From the NCBI GenBank assembly GCA_951406725.2, contig OX597830.1:47864001-47928000 (forward strand): DNA of 64,000 bases, read 5' to 3'. Of this stretch, positions 1 to 11,070 are shown piece after piece. A model generated the notes under the pieces. That model was not told the DNA's origin. It searched no databases and saw only the letters and a program-made list of their open reading frames with translations. The number at the start of each line of letters is the position of its first letter. Positions within the stretch are counted from its first letter, which is position 1. A program made the translations under genes and the position numbers. Source of the DNA: Octopus vulgaris. Its lineage: Eukaryota.

Positions 1-145
1 CAGGTGGAGATAATGTCTCCTGGGGTTAAATTACAGCAACATTCATCCTAAACCAGGATTGCCATGTTCTGCTGGCATACAATCTTTACTACAAAGTACT
101 GTTGCTGAATATCTCTCGTTGTGAGATTTAAAAATAGTAATTTTC
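1..145. mobile_element. Arm of a palindromic (foldback/MITE-like) repeat, cut by the window start
   Basis: Reverse-complement match to ~6091-6236 and direct match to 6361-6439. Confidence 0.7.
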
Positions 146-490
146 TAAAGTTATATTTTATGAAACATAACTACTGCTGGAACATTTTGATACCACCTCA
201 TACATCTAAACTCTATTTTGCCTGTTTGTTCTCAAGTCATCATTAAGCGTTTTCTTCCAGGATGAGTAACGTTTCTACAGTAAAGTTAGTAATGCTCATA
301 CATACTAGTTCAATTCTAATCAGGTTATTATGTATACAACCAATATCAAAACACCTGACTCTGATTGGAAATCAATTAAATCGGAATACAGAACAAATGG
401 AAACATCAAAATATTTTACTTCCTGAATAACATTAGTACTCAAAAGAATTATAAGCTTATTTCACTTTTAAAGTTGGATTTTATCACATA

Positions 491-808
491 TCATCATCAT
501 CATCATCATCATCATCGTTTAGCGTCCGCTTTCCATGCTAGCATGGGTTGGACGGTTCAACTGGGGTCTGTGAAGCCAGAAGGCTGCATCAGGCCAAGTC
601 TGATCTGGCAGTGTTTCTATGGCTGGATGCCCTTCCTAACGCCAACCACTCCGTGAGTGTAGTGGGTGCTTTTTACGTGCCACCCGCACAGGTGCCAGAC
701 GGAGCTGGCAAACAGCCACGGACGGATGGTGCTTTTTATGTGCCACTGGCACGGGGGCCAGGCGAGGCTGGCAACGGCCACGATCAGATGGTGCTTTTTA
801 CGTGCCAA
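491..808 (-). mobile_element. RTE LINE 3' UTR/tail fragment
   Basis: On the minus strand: GAGTGGTTGGCGTTAGGAAGGGCATCCAGC...AACCCATGCTAGCATGGAAAGCGGACGCTAAAC(GAT)n, the same tail as the RT-bearing copy at 1404-2878. Confidence 0.85.
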
Positions 809-859
809 TATAAATAATATATATATATATATGCTTATATACATACGTATATGTATATA

Positions 860-1340
860 CTTACATCTATATATAGATATATGCTTCTATACATACATAT
901 ATGTATATACGTACATCTTATATATATATATGCGTAAGTGGGCACAGGACATCACGAAACATGTACAACAAAAAAATACGAAGCATGAGTACATGAAACA
1001 TGAACTATTCTTTCGAACAACAGAAGACACAAATGGAAAACAAAACAAACAACATAAAGAATGACCCTTCATCAGTTGTCGGCTGTTTTTCTAGTCTCGT
1101 ATTTCGAACATTTAACAACAATATATACTTTCCATAAAACAGTTGCTCCTGCAAAGCAAATTAAATAAAATTTGGGATTTTGCGGAGGGTCAAAATAGGT
1201 GACACAAACAGGACAGTGAAAACAAACAGGAAGGGCTGCTAAGCCTAAACGAGGTTGTGGTGGCATATGCATAAATCAAGCTAGGACAGGAGACAAACAA
1301 GAACACGTCTCCTTGTTCCAGCTACAAAACAGAGACAAAC
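860..1340 (-). mobile_element. Non-coding repeat (subfamily B) carrying a permuted hammerhead-like motif
   Basis: Similar to 45010-45207 and 58431-58592; flanked by (TA)n; no credible ORF. Confidence 0.65.
1064..1142 (-). ncRNA. Non-circularly permuted hammerhead-like RNA (subfamily B)
   Basis: CUGUUUU-auggaaa-GUAUAU-A-UUGUUG-uuaaaug-UUC-GAAAUAC-gagacuaga-AAAACAG-c-CGACAA-CUGAUGA-AGGGU; stems I and III pair, stem II weak. Confidence 0.55.
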
Positions 1341-1370
1341 ACATACATAAATATGTATATATATATGTAC

Positions 1371-1403
<33 letters not shown>

Positions 1404-1404
<1 letters not shown>

Positions 1405-2878
1405 CATCATCATCATCATCATCGTTTAGCGTCCGCTCTCCATGCTAGCATGGGTTGGACGGTTCTACTGGGGTCTGTGAAGCCAGAAGGCTTCATCAGG
1501 CCCAGTCAAATCTGGCAGTGTTTCTACAGCTGGATGCCCTTCCTAACGCCAACCACTCCGTGAGTGTAGTGGGTGCTTTTACGTGCCACCCGCACAGGTG
1601 CCAGACAGAGCTGGCAAACGGCCACGAACAGATGGTGCTTTTTATGTGCCACCGGTATGAGGGCCAGGCGAGGCTGGCAACGGACACGAAACGGGGCGGT
1701 GCTGGCAACGGTCGCGAAACAGAAGGTTCTCTTACATGCCACCGGCACTGGTAACACATCTGCAATTTCCATTGATCGATTTCGATTCTGGTCCTCACTT
1801 GCCTCAACAGGTCTTCACAAGTAGAGTTTTGTGTCCCAAGAAGGGAAGGTATGCATACGTAGGCTGGCTCCATCTCATGTAGAAGGCCACGGGTTATGGA
1901 CTCACTTGTCCTGCCGGGTCTTCTTGCGCACAGCACACTTCCAGAGGTCTCGGTCTCTAGTCATTTCCTCAGTGAGACCTAAAGTTCGAAGGTCGTGCTT
2001 CACCACCTCGTCCCAGGTTTTCCTGGATCTGCCTCTTCCACAGGTTCCCTCAACCGCTAGGGTGTGGCACTTTTTCACACAACTATCTACATCCATTCTC
2101 GCCACATGACCATACCAGCGCAAACGTCTCTCTTGCACACCACAACTGATGCTTCTTAGGTCCAGCTTTTCTCTCAAGGTACTTACACTCTGCCGAGTAT
2201 GAGTACTGACATTACACATCCATCGGAGCATACTGGCTTCATTTCTTGCGTTCTTGCGAGCTTACACATATCCTTAGCAGTCACGGCCCATGTTTCACTG
2301 CCATGTAGCATAGCTGTTCGTACACACGCATCATACAGTCTGCCTTTCACTCTGTGTGAGAGGCCTTTTGTCACCAGCAGAGGTAAGAGCTCTCTGAATT
2401 TTGCCCAAGCTATTCTTACTCTAGCAGTTACACTTTCAGCACACCTGCCCCTGCTGCTGACTTGGTCACCTAGGTAATGGAAACTATCAACTATTTCTAG
2501 TTTTTCTCCCTGGAAAGTGACGGAAGTTGGTCTCAGAGCATTTTCAGTGTTTATTGTTCCTGAGCATCTGCCACATACAAAAACCATCTTCCTAGTTAGC
2601 CTTCCTTTGACATTGCTGCACCTCTTATGTGTCCATAGCTTACACTTGGTGCATCTTATAGAGTTTCTACCTACACCTTTTCTACAGATCGAGCAGGGCC
2701 ATCTACCTGAAGGCGTTTGTGATTTGTCTACCTTCCTACTGATTACGACCTTGGTTTTAGCTAGATTGACTCTGAGGCCCTTCGATTCTAATCCTTGTTT
2801 CCACACCTGAAACTTCTCCTCCAGTTCTGATAGCGACTCAGCAATTAGAGCAAGGTCATCAGCATAGAGGAGCTCCCA
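1404..2878 (-). mobile_element. 5'-truncated RTE-clade LINE: RT C-terminal half with Cys/His (PHD-like) insert, 3' UTR and (GAT)n tail
   Basis: [15 protein letters not shown]...C..C..WTHKRC...CGRC, YLGD, RRLRWYGHVARM, GRGRSRKTW; one frameshift near 2230. Confidence 0.92.
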
Positions 2879-2926
2879 TATATATATATATATATATATG
2901 CACGTATGTATATATATATGTACATA

Positions 2927-2969
<43 letters not shown>

Positions 2970-3139
2970 TTATATAGATCCGCTGCATCAGAAATTTGCA
3001 ATGGCTCCTAACTACCGTCTCAGCTGTCACCTGGAGCCCCAGTAATCCATTACAGCACTTACTTAGTGTACCTAATCGTTTAGATCACCTGTGAACTACA
3101 CCCCCATACTTTGTATGTATGTATATATATATATATATT

Positions 3140-3346
3140 CTTTTAGTCTTTTACTTGTTTCAGTCATTTGACTGCGCCCATGCTGGAGCACTGCCTTTAG
3201 TCGAACAGATTGACCCCAGGACTTATTTATTGTAAGCCACATACTTTTTTTATCGGACTTCTTTGCTGAACCACTAGGTTACAGGGACGTAAACACATCA
3301 GCATAGGTTGTCGAGCGATGTTGGAGGGACAAGCACAGACACACAA

Positions 3347-3399
<53 letters not shown>

Positions 3400-3560
3400 C
3401 ATATATACGACAGGCTTCTTTTAGTTTCCATCTACCAAATCCACTCACAAGGCTTTGGTCACCCAAGGCTATGGTAGAAGACACTTGCCCAAGGTGCCAT
3501 GCAGTGGGACTGAACTCAGAACCATGTGGTTGGTAAGCAAGCTACTTACCACATAGGCAC
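3140..3560 (-). mobile_element. tRNA-derived SINE, family 1
   Basis: Head TGTGGTAAGTAGCTTGCTTACC...GAGTTCAGTCCC, central (TG)n, 3' end GCTCCAGCATGG..CAGTCAAATGACTGAAACAAGTAAAAG; many copies in window. Confidence 0.85.
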
Positions 3561-3680
3561 ATATATATATATATATATATATAGTTAATCCAAACATGAA
3601 CAAAAACAAAACACAACAATGCGAGGACGTGGAACAAGTATAGTGTTATTGGATTGCTCAGGAAAGGAAAGAAAGGAGGA

Positions 3681-3713
3681 TTTAACACTTCGAGCAGAGC
3701 ACTTCGTCAGAAA
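3681..3713 (-). ncRNA. Degenerate minimal type I hammerhead motif
   Basis: UUU-CUGACGA-A-GUGC-ucu-GCUC-GAAGUGUU-AAA; GAAA core mutated; lies in a small repeat ~3585-3750. Confidence 0.45.
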
Positions 3714-3760
3714 CATAAGAAAAAGGAAAAGTCCAAGGAAGGGAAGCCGAGAAATGTATC

Positions 3761-3792
<32 letters not shown>

Positions 3793-3999
3793 AACTTGGA
3801 GAAGAGAAATAGAGAAATAACACGTGCGTTGGGTCATATAGCAATATAATAAATAAATAAAATATATGCATATATACATACATATATGTACATACTTACA
3901 TCTACATGTATATATACATGCATACATATATATATATGAGTACAGGACACCACATATATATATGATTATATATATATATTTATATGTATGTATGTATCT

Positions 4000-4290
4000 T
4001 TATCTTTTATCCTTTACTTGTTTCAGTCATTTGACTGCGGCCATGCTGGAGCACCGCCTTTAGTCGAGCAAATCGACCCCGGGACTTATTCTTTGTAAGC
4101 CCAGTACTTATTCTATCAGTCTCTTTTGCCGAACCGCTAAGTGACGGGGACGAAAACACACCAGCATCAGTTGTCAAGCAATGCTAGGGGGACAAACACA
4201 CACATATATATATATATATATATTATATATACATATATACGACTGACTTCTTTCAGTTTCCGTCTACCAAATTCACTCACAAGGCATTGG
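4000..4290 (-). mobile_element. SINE family 1, 5'-truncated
   Basis: Near-identical to 7485-7780. Confidence 0.85.
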
Positions 4291-4866
4291 TATATATATA
4301 TGTATATCATGCATATATGTGTGAATATATATGTATATATGTACGTATATGTATATGTGTATAGATATACACATGCGCGTGTGCACACACACACACACAT
4401 TCCAATCAACAGACTTTTCCTTTCATTTTTGTTCTTCCTTTCTTCTATGACAGTCATTCTGACTCCTCATGCATCCAAATTTATCTTTGCTTTTAGAAAG
4501 TGTGACTCAGCAAATCCTATTTGATTCCAAGCAGAACTACTGAGTCAAGAGTTGGACATATGTTTGCTAATTTTCTCTTCGTTGTGTGTATTTGCACATG
4601 AGCCTGCGTATATGTGTGTGTGTGTGTGTGTGTGTTTGTTTCAATATAAACGTGTGTGTGTGTGTGATTTTGCTCATTATTATGAATAAAAAAAATCAAT
4701 ATCGTTTTGCTAAGTAAAGCAAAAAAATCAATGGATGACAGAGCTGTGTGAAGGAATATGGACGCAATTGCTCTTTAGTAGAAGACACATACTCAAGGTG
4801 CCACACAACAGTACTGACCCAAAACCACTTGTTTGAGAAGTGAACGTCTTGACCACACAGTCATAG

Positions 4867-5096
4867 TTTCTTTACTGCCCACAAGGGGCTACACACAGAG
4901 GTGACAAACAAGGACAGACAAACGGATTAAGTCAAATACATCGACCCCAGTGCATAACTGGTACTTAATTTATCGACTTCGAAAGGATGAAAGGCAAAGT
5001 CGACCTTGGCGGAATTTGAACTCAGAACGTAACAGCAGATGAAATACGGCTACGCATTTCACCCGGCATGCTAATGTTTCTGCCAGCTCGCCACCT
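4867..5096 (-). mobile_element. tRNA-derived SINE, family 2
   Basis: GGTGGCGAGCTGGCAGAAAC...TTCTGAGTTCAAATTCCGCC...GTCGACTTTGCCTTTCATCC...CCCCTTGTGGGCAGTAAAGAAA. Confidence 0.85.
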
Positions 5097-6090
5097 TGAC
5101 CACACAGTCATGCCTGCAGCTACAGGTGTGTGCCGCACTGCTTGACCCCTTGGGTAAGTGTCTTCTATTATAGTCTTGAGTGCCACTGTCACACAAGCAG
5201 TGTCATTCATTTTTAGTCTTCTCTGAAAACTTGTAGTATTCCCCATATAGGAATACTTACTGCCTTACCTGGAAACAGGTGATGGTTGGTGACGGGAAGG
5301 GCATCCGGTCATACAAAATCTGCAGCAACAAATTGCATCTGACCCATGCAAGCATGGAAAATTGGATGTGAAAACAATGAAGGCGGCATATGTGAGTGTG
5401 CGGTGTTTCTTCACAATGGATGTGGTAGAGACACAGGAGAGAGAGAGAGAAAGAGTAACACTAAGGATGACAAACAAATCATTCGTGAGACATAAAATCA
5501 AATAGTTTCTGGAAGGTGGAATGGTTCCAATTACACATTATGTGAAGGCTTAGTGGTTACGATAATTGGCTCACAATCATAAGGCCGTGAGTTCAATTCC
5601 TGGCTGTGTGTTGTGTCCTTCAGCAAGACATTTTATTTTTGCTTTATTGCTCCAGTCCACTGGCAAAAATGATTTCAAAAGGGGCCAGCCTTGTCACATT
5701 CTATGTCATACCAAATTTCCCTGCTAACTACATTAAGGGTATATAAGTCTGTGGAGTACTCAACCAGTTGCACCTTAATTTCATGAGCAGGTGGCTGTTC
5801 TGTTTGTCAGATCAACTGGAACCTTCATGTGACTTATAACTGGCAGACTTCCAGTACAACTATATTTGGCAAAATGGCTGCATTGGAAACAAAAATTTCA
5901 AATATATAGAGTCAGTAGAGTGAAGGGCAAAGGAACTCTGGTATTCCCCAATGGCATCGGTGCTGCTCAACACTACTGGAAGAACAATATTGTTAGGAGT
6001 TACTAAAATCATTGCAATCTCCAGTCAACAGATGACGGAAAGAATGTCTTGTAGAGCAAGTTGTATGTAAAATAGATAATAGCTGTGTTT

Positions 6091-6439
6091 GAAAATTACA
6101 ATTTGTAAATCTCACAATGTGAGATATTCAGCAACAGTACTTTGTAGTAAAGATTTTTTGCCAACATAACATGGCAGTCCTGGTTTAGGACGAATGTTGC
6201 TGTAATTTAGCCCCAGGAGACATCGTCTCCAGCTGGCTATGCGACACGATCTGTGTCTTTATATTTTTGAAGAAGGGATACACAGATATTGTTTTGCGCT
6301 GAGTGGGGTTGCTAGATTCCCTTGTTCAAAAATATAAGGACACAGATTGTTTCGTATAGTCAGCTGGAGACAATGTCTCCTGGGGCTAAATTACAGCACC
6401 ATTCGTCCTAAACCAGGACTGCCATGTTATGTTGGCAAA
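6091..6439. mobile_element. Foldback/MITE-like palindromic element
   Basis: ~120-bp inverted arms 6157-6278 and 6318-6439, ~40-bp spacer; second copy at 1-145. Confidence 0.75.
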
Positions 6440-7371
6440 TAAGCTATGTGTTTGGTTGCATGGAAGTATATTGTATGTGTGTGCGTGTGTGTGTGTGTGT
6501 GTGCATGTGGGCATGTGTGTGTGCGCGAGGGCATGTGCACATTATTTGGTTTCTGTGTGTGAATATACTTTTTTGATATTTTGTGTATGTGTGTGTGTGT
6601 GGGGGGTGTGTATTCTTTGGCCTGTGCATGTGAATATATTTGTATGAAATTTAGGTGCCACATAAAGCACCCATGTAGAAGTGCTAGCTCCATGTAAGAG
6701 TGCTCCATGTAAGAGTGCTCCATGTAAGGGTGCCCATGCCGGTGCTATCGAAAAGCTCTCATGATGGTGCCATTTGAGAGCACCGGAACATTCAGCAAAG
6801 TGGGTGGCATTAGGAAGGGCATGCAGCCTTAGAAAAGGGGCCAAAATGGACGACTGAAACCTGGGCAGCTGGCAAGTGCTTGTCAAACTGTCCAACCCAT
6901 GCCAGCATGGAAAGCAGATGTTAGATGATGATGAGAATCTTATGTGCATGGGTGTGTGTGTGTGTGTGTATCTACTCATCTATTTTTTGTATGGGTTTTT
7001 TTTGTTCATCATTCTCATTGCATTTTCCTCTCACACACTCACACACGCACACGCACACGCACACACACACACACTCAAACACACACATATCAGACAATGA
7101 ACAATCAGATCATTTGGAGACATGAATTTACAGACCCATTGAATACTGGAGACTCTACAACCAGCACAGAGTGGAATTTCAAGTAATTTCTCATTAGGCT
7201 TAATAAGCTGACCATAATCTTCAGCTGATTGGACAATCCACTTTTCTATCTTAAACAGTGTGAGTCACAAACAACCAGAGAAAGAAGGGCCAGCACTTGT
7301 TTGTTTTATTCATTTAGTTTTTCATTTGGATTTTTTTTTCCTTGATTGACCACTGGTCATACTGCCATTAG

Positions 7372-7687
7372 TTTAACTCTTTCATTACGATATTTCTGTT
7401 AAAGTACACTGCCCTTGCTTCGATGATTAATTTGAAAAATTAACAAAGAATTTAGTAAAATAACCTTGTCATTATTAAACTCTTTACTCTTTACTCTTTT
7501 ACTTGTTTCTGTCATTTGACTGCGGCCATGCTGGAGCACCGCCTTTAGTCGAGCAAATCGACCCCGGGACATATTCTTTGTAAGCCCAGTACTTATTCTA
7601 TCGGTCTCTTTTTGCCGAACCGCTAAGTGACGGGGACGTAAACACACCAGCATCGGTTGTCAAGCAATGCTAGGGGGACAAACACAT

Positions 7688-7722
<35 letters not shown>

Positions 7723-8012
7723 CATATATACGACAGGCTTCTTTCAGTTTCAGTCTACCAAATCCACTCACAAGGCATTGGTCGGCCCGGGGCTATAGCA
7801 GAAGACACTTGCCCAAGATGTCACGCAGTGGGACTGAACCCGGAACCATGTGGTTGGTTAGTAAGCTACTTACCACACAGCCACTCCTGCGCCTATGGGG
7901 AAAAATTAACATGAAATTTTCATGGCAGGTTTTAATTAAGACTAATTTAAAACCGCAGGTTTTTAGCACAGAACGAAGAGCAACTGAGGTAGATTGGCAT
8001 CAAAAGGGTTAA
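7372..8012. mobile_element. TTAA-flanked piggyBac-like MITE interrupted by a SINE
   Basis: TTAACTCTTT...AAAAGGGTTAA termini; resembles the reverse complement of 50877-51106. Confidence 0.6.
7485..7892 (-). mobile_element. Full-length SINE family 1
   Basis: GCGCAGGAGTGGCTGTGTGG head through (GAGTAAA)n tail. Confidence 0.9.
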
Positions 8013-8267
8013 ACCTTGTAACTTCTGCTACTGCTGCTACTACAATTACTTTTAATAATAGTTTCTAATGCAACACAGAAACATAAAGTATTTGTGGGGG
8101 TGGGGAATGGCAGATGATGGCAGAGTGCAGATTATATTGGTCCCAGCACTTAACTGATGATTATTGTACCATTCTTGGAAGAATAAAAGACATCAACTTT
8201 GACGGTAGACAAATTCAAAATGTACAGGTATGCAATTAAATACTGCACAACAAAAAACAACAACAGC

Positions 8268-8320
<53 letters not shown>

Positions 8321-8434
8321 TGATGATGATGATGATGATGATGATAGAAATTATTATTGAAAGTGGTGGTGGTGGTGGTGGTGGTAGTAGTAGCAGCAAT
8401 AGTAGAAGTTACAAGGTTTAACTTTTTTGATGCC

Positions 8435-8694
8435 AACCTGCTTCAGATTGAATTACAGAGAATATGAGAAATACAGGTAAAACGTATCCCAGTAGTTACA
8501 GGTAGATTGGGAACTGTCCCTAAAGATCTGAACAGAAGGATAGAGGAAATGGACCAGTTTAGTACAGCTGCAGAAAACAGTGTTATTAGGGACAGCTAGG
8601 ATACTTAGGAGGGTTCTTGGCATCTAAGGTTAGTTGTTGTAGCCCAATGTTAGGATTCTTTTCTTTTCCAACAATCTAATCTGTTGAGTATATA

Positions 8695-8752
<58 letters not shown>
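8435..8752 (+). mobile_element. 3' end of R4/Dong-like (REL endonuclease) LINE with (AAT)n tail
   Basis: LQIELQRI...IPVVTGRLGTVPK...LQKTVLLGTARILRRVL* followed by (AAT)n. Confidence 0.75.
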
Positions 8753-8753
<1 letters not shown>

Positions 8754-8889
8754 CCTTTCTACTTCAAGCACATAGCCTGGAATTTGAGGGGAGGGGGATA
8801 GTTGATCACATCAACCCCAATATTTGACTGGTACTTAATTTAATGATCCGAAAGGATGAAAAGCAAAGTCAACCTCGATGGAATTAGTA

Positions 8890-8924
<35 letters not shown>

Positions 8925-9230
8925 TATAATAATAATGAACCACTTGCTATTCATGGATGACTTCAAGTCGTTCACAAAAAAATTAGGCAGATCTGGACAG
9001 CTTAGTCCAGTCTGTGCAGATTCGCTTGAATGATATTAAGAGGGAGATTTTGGACTCTGAAAATGTGCTACGATGGTGATGAGATGAGGAAAGCTTGTTA
9101 GGACAGAAGGCATATAATTGCCAACTGGTGAAATGATGAAAGCAACTGAATCTCAATCTAGGAATAACTGAGGCAGATGGAATTAAACACAACGACATGA
9201 AGAAGAAGACAAAAAGAGAGTGCCTGCAAC

Positions 9231-9370
9231 ATCATCATCATCGTTTAACGTCCGCTTTCCATGCTAGCATGGGTTGGACGGTTCAACTGGGGTCTAGCAA
9301 GCTCGAAGGCTGCACCAGGCCAGTCAGATCTGGCAGTGTTTCTACAGCTGGATGCCCTTCCTAACGCCAA
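9231..9370 (-). mobile_element. RTE 3' tail joined to a 5S rRNA copy
   Basis: TTGGCGTTAGGAAGGGCATCC...GGACGTTAAAC(GAT)n, ~10 bp downstream of the 5S 3' end on the same strand. Confidence 0.85.
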
Positions 9371-9379
9371 AGAAATGGA

Positions 9380-9499
9380 ATGCTTACAGCACCTAGGTTT
9401 CCCAAGCGGTCACCCATCTAAGTACTAACTAGGCTCGATGTTGCTTAACTTTGGTGATCGGACGAGAACCGGTGCTTTCAACGTGATGTGGCCGTAAGT
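9380..9499 (-). rRNA. Full-length 5S rRNA copy, probably a retro-pseudogene or SINE3 head
   Basis: CTTACGGCCACATCACGTTGAAAGCACCGGTTCTCGTCCGATCACCAAAGTTAAGCAAC...AGTACTTAGATGGGTGACCGCTTGGGAAACCTAGGTGCTGTAAGCAT; no T4 terminator; solitary. Confidence 0.93.
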
Positions 9500-10810
9500 G
9501 AGAAAAATATTGGCTTCAAAGCTGAATTCCAGAAATATGATTTTGCAAATAAACTTGCATGCAGTTGTGGTTGTTCGGTATGGCACTGGAATCCTGAAGT
9601 GGACAGAGGAGGACGCTAAAGGAGTTGGACAAGAAGGCAAGAAAGCTCCAAACAATGCACAAAGTCCATCATCCGTGGGCGGACACGGATCGCTTATACA
9701 TGAAGAGAGCAAATGGAGGAAGAGGACTGATAAGTGTGGAAGACTGCGTGCGTATCGGAAACGAGAGATTAATGAGATCTTAGCTGAAAGTAAGGAAACT
9801 TTGCTAGTGTCAGTTAGGAACGAGGGAGTATTGAAAGCAGAGAAAAAAGGGAAAACGAAGGAAGAAGTACAAAAAGAACACAAAGAAGAATTACGCAAGA
9901 AGAGACTACACAATCAATTCCACGTAGCCACAACAGAAGTTGCTGGAAAAAATAGGTAGGATTGGCTGAAGAAAGGAACACTAAAAAAAAAACTATACTG
10001 ACAGCATAAGATCAAGCTTTGGCCACAAACTGGATGGTTAACCTTGAAACCATTGCCCTTATCACAAACGAATACCCTAGACTTGCCCAAAACCACTACA
10101 AGTTGTGGAAACATGATCAGGTAGTGAAAGTGCTACATTGGAAATTATGTGAAACGTTGGGACCAGAGAGAGGCAAGGCGTGGTTGGACCACAAACTGTA
10201 GAGGATGGCAGAGTCAGAAACTTCCAAATTCTTTGGGATTTCCCAATCCAAACAGATCAAGTGTTAGAGCATAACAGACCAGGCCTAGTGGTGGTGGTGG
10301 ACAAAGTGCACCACATATGCTATATAGTTGATGTTGCATTCCCCTTTGACACATGAATAGTCAAGAAGGAAGGCAAAAAGATAGATAAATACAACCCTCT
10401 TAAGTACGAAATAGCCCAACTATGGAAAATGAAGAAGGTGAAGATAGTGCCAATTATTTTGGGGTCCTTGGGAACAGTATCAGAAGGCATCAAGAAGAAT
10501 ATGAAGGAAACTGGAATAGAGTGCCCAGTAGAACTGTTGCAAAAGGTTTACCTTCTTGGCACAGCCAGAATAATCAGGTAAGTATTAGATAACCGAAAAG
10601 AACAAATAGCATGGCACCGTAGGCTGCAGGTAGAAAACTCACTATACATGTAAAACTTGAGATAAAAAGAAAAAAAAAATTAATAGCACATTTTCTTTCA
10701 TTTTCCAATTCTCTTTTTTGCATTCACATAACTTAACTTTGTAAATGAACAATCTTGTGTGTTTATTTTTAATGGCCTGTCAATGTATAGAATGAGTTTC
10801 TTTGCCCTAG

Positions 10811-10874
10811 GTATCGGAAAGACACTCAGCAAGAAATGGAAACAAAATTGCAAAAAGAAGCAAAACTCATGAAA
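10811..10874 (+). CDS. Candidate internal exon of a coiled-coil protein
   Basis: tttctttgccctag|G TAT CGG...ATG AAA|gtaata; YRKDTQQEMETKLQKEAKLMK; non-repetitive sequence. Confidence 0.5.
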
Positions 10875-10885
10875 GTAATAATAAC

Positions 10886-11070
10886 GGTTTCAAATTTTGG
10901 CACAAGGCCAGCAATTTTAAGGGAGGGGCTATGTGAATTACATCAACCCAAGTATGCAACTGGTACTTATTTTATTGACCCTGAAGGGATGAAACGCAAA
11001 GTCAACCCCAGTGAAATTTGAACTCAGAACATACAGATAGCTGGAATACCGCAAAGCATTTTGTCTGGCA
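10886..11070 (-). mobile_element. SINE family 2 variant
   Basis: Shares CTGGTACTTATTTTATTGACCC.GAA.GGATGAAA...TTTGAACTCAGAAC with 4950-5030. Confidence 0.75.

Larger units (their letters stand above)
8935..10620 (+). mobile_element. Decayed R4/Dong-like LINE (RT C-terminus and REL endonuclease), interrupted at ~9231-9499
   Basis: NHLLFMDDFK, VRKILASKLN, RYGTGILKW, HDQVVKVLHWKLC, WDFPIQTD, IVDVAFP, LGTARII; stops and frameshifts; starts right after (AAT)n. Confidence 0.85.

Noticed and set aside
9380-9499. Functional 5S rDNA array unit
   Set aside because: Solitary, lacks a T-run terminator, fused to a LINE tail and inserted in another retroelement.
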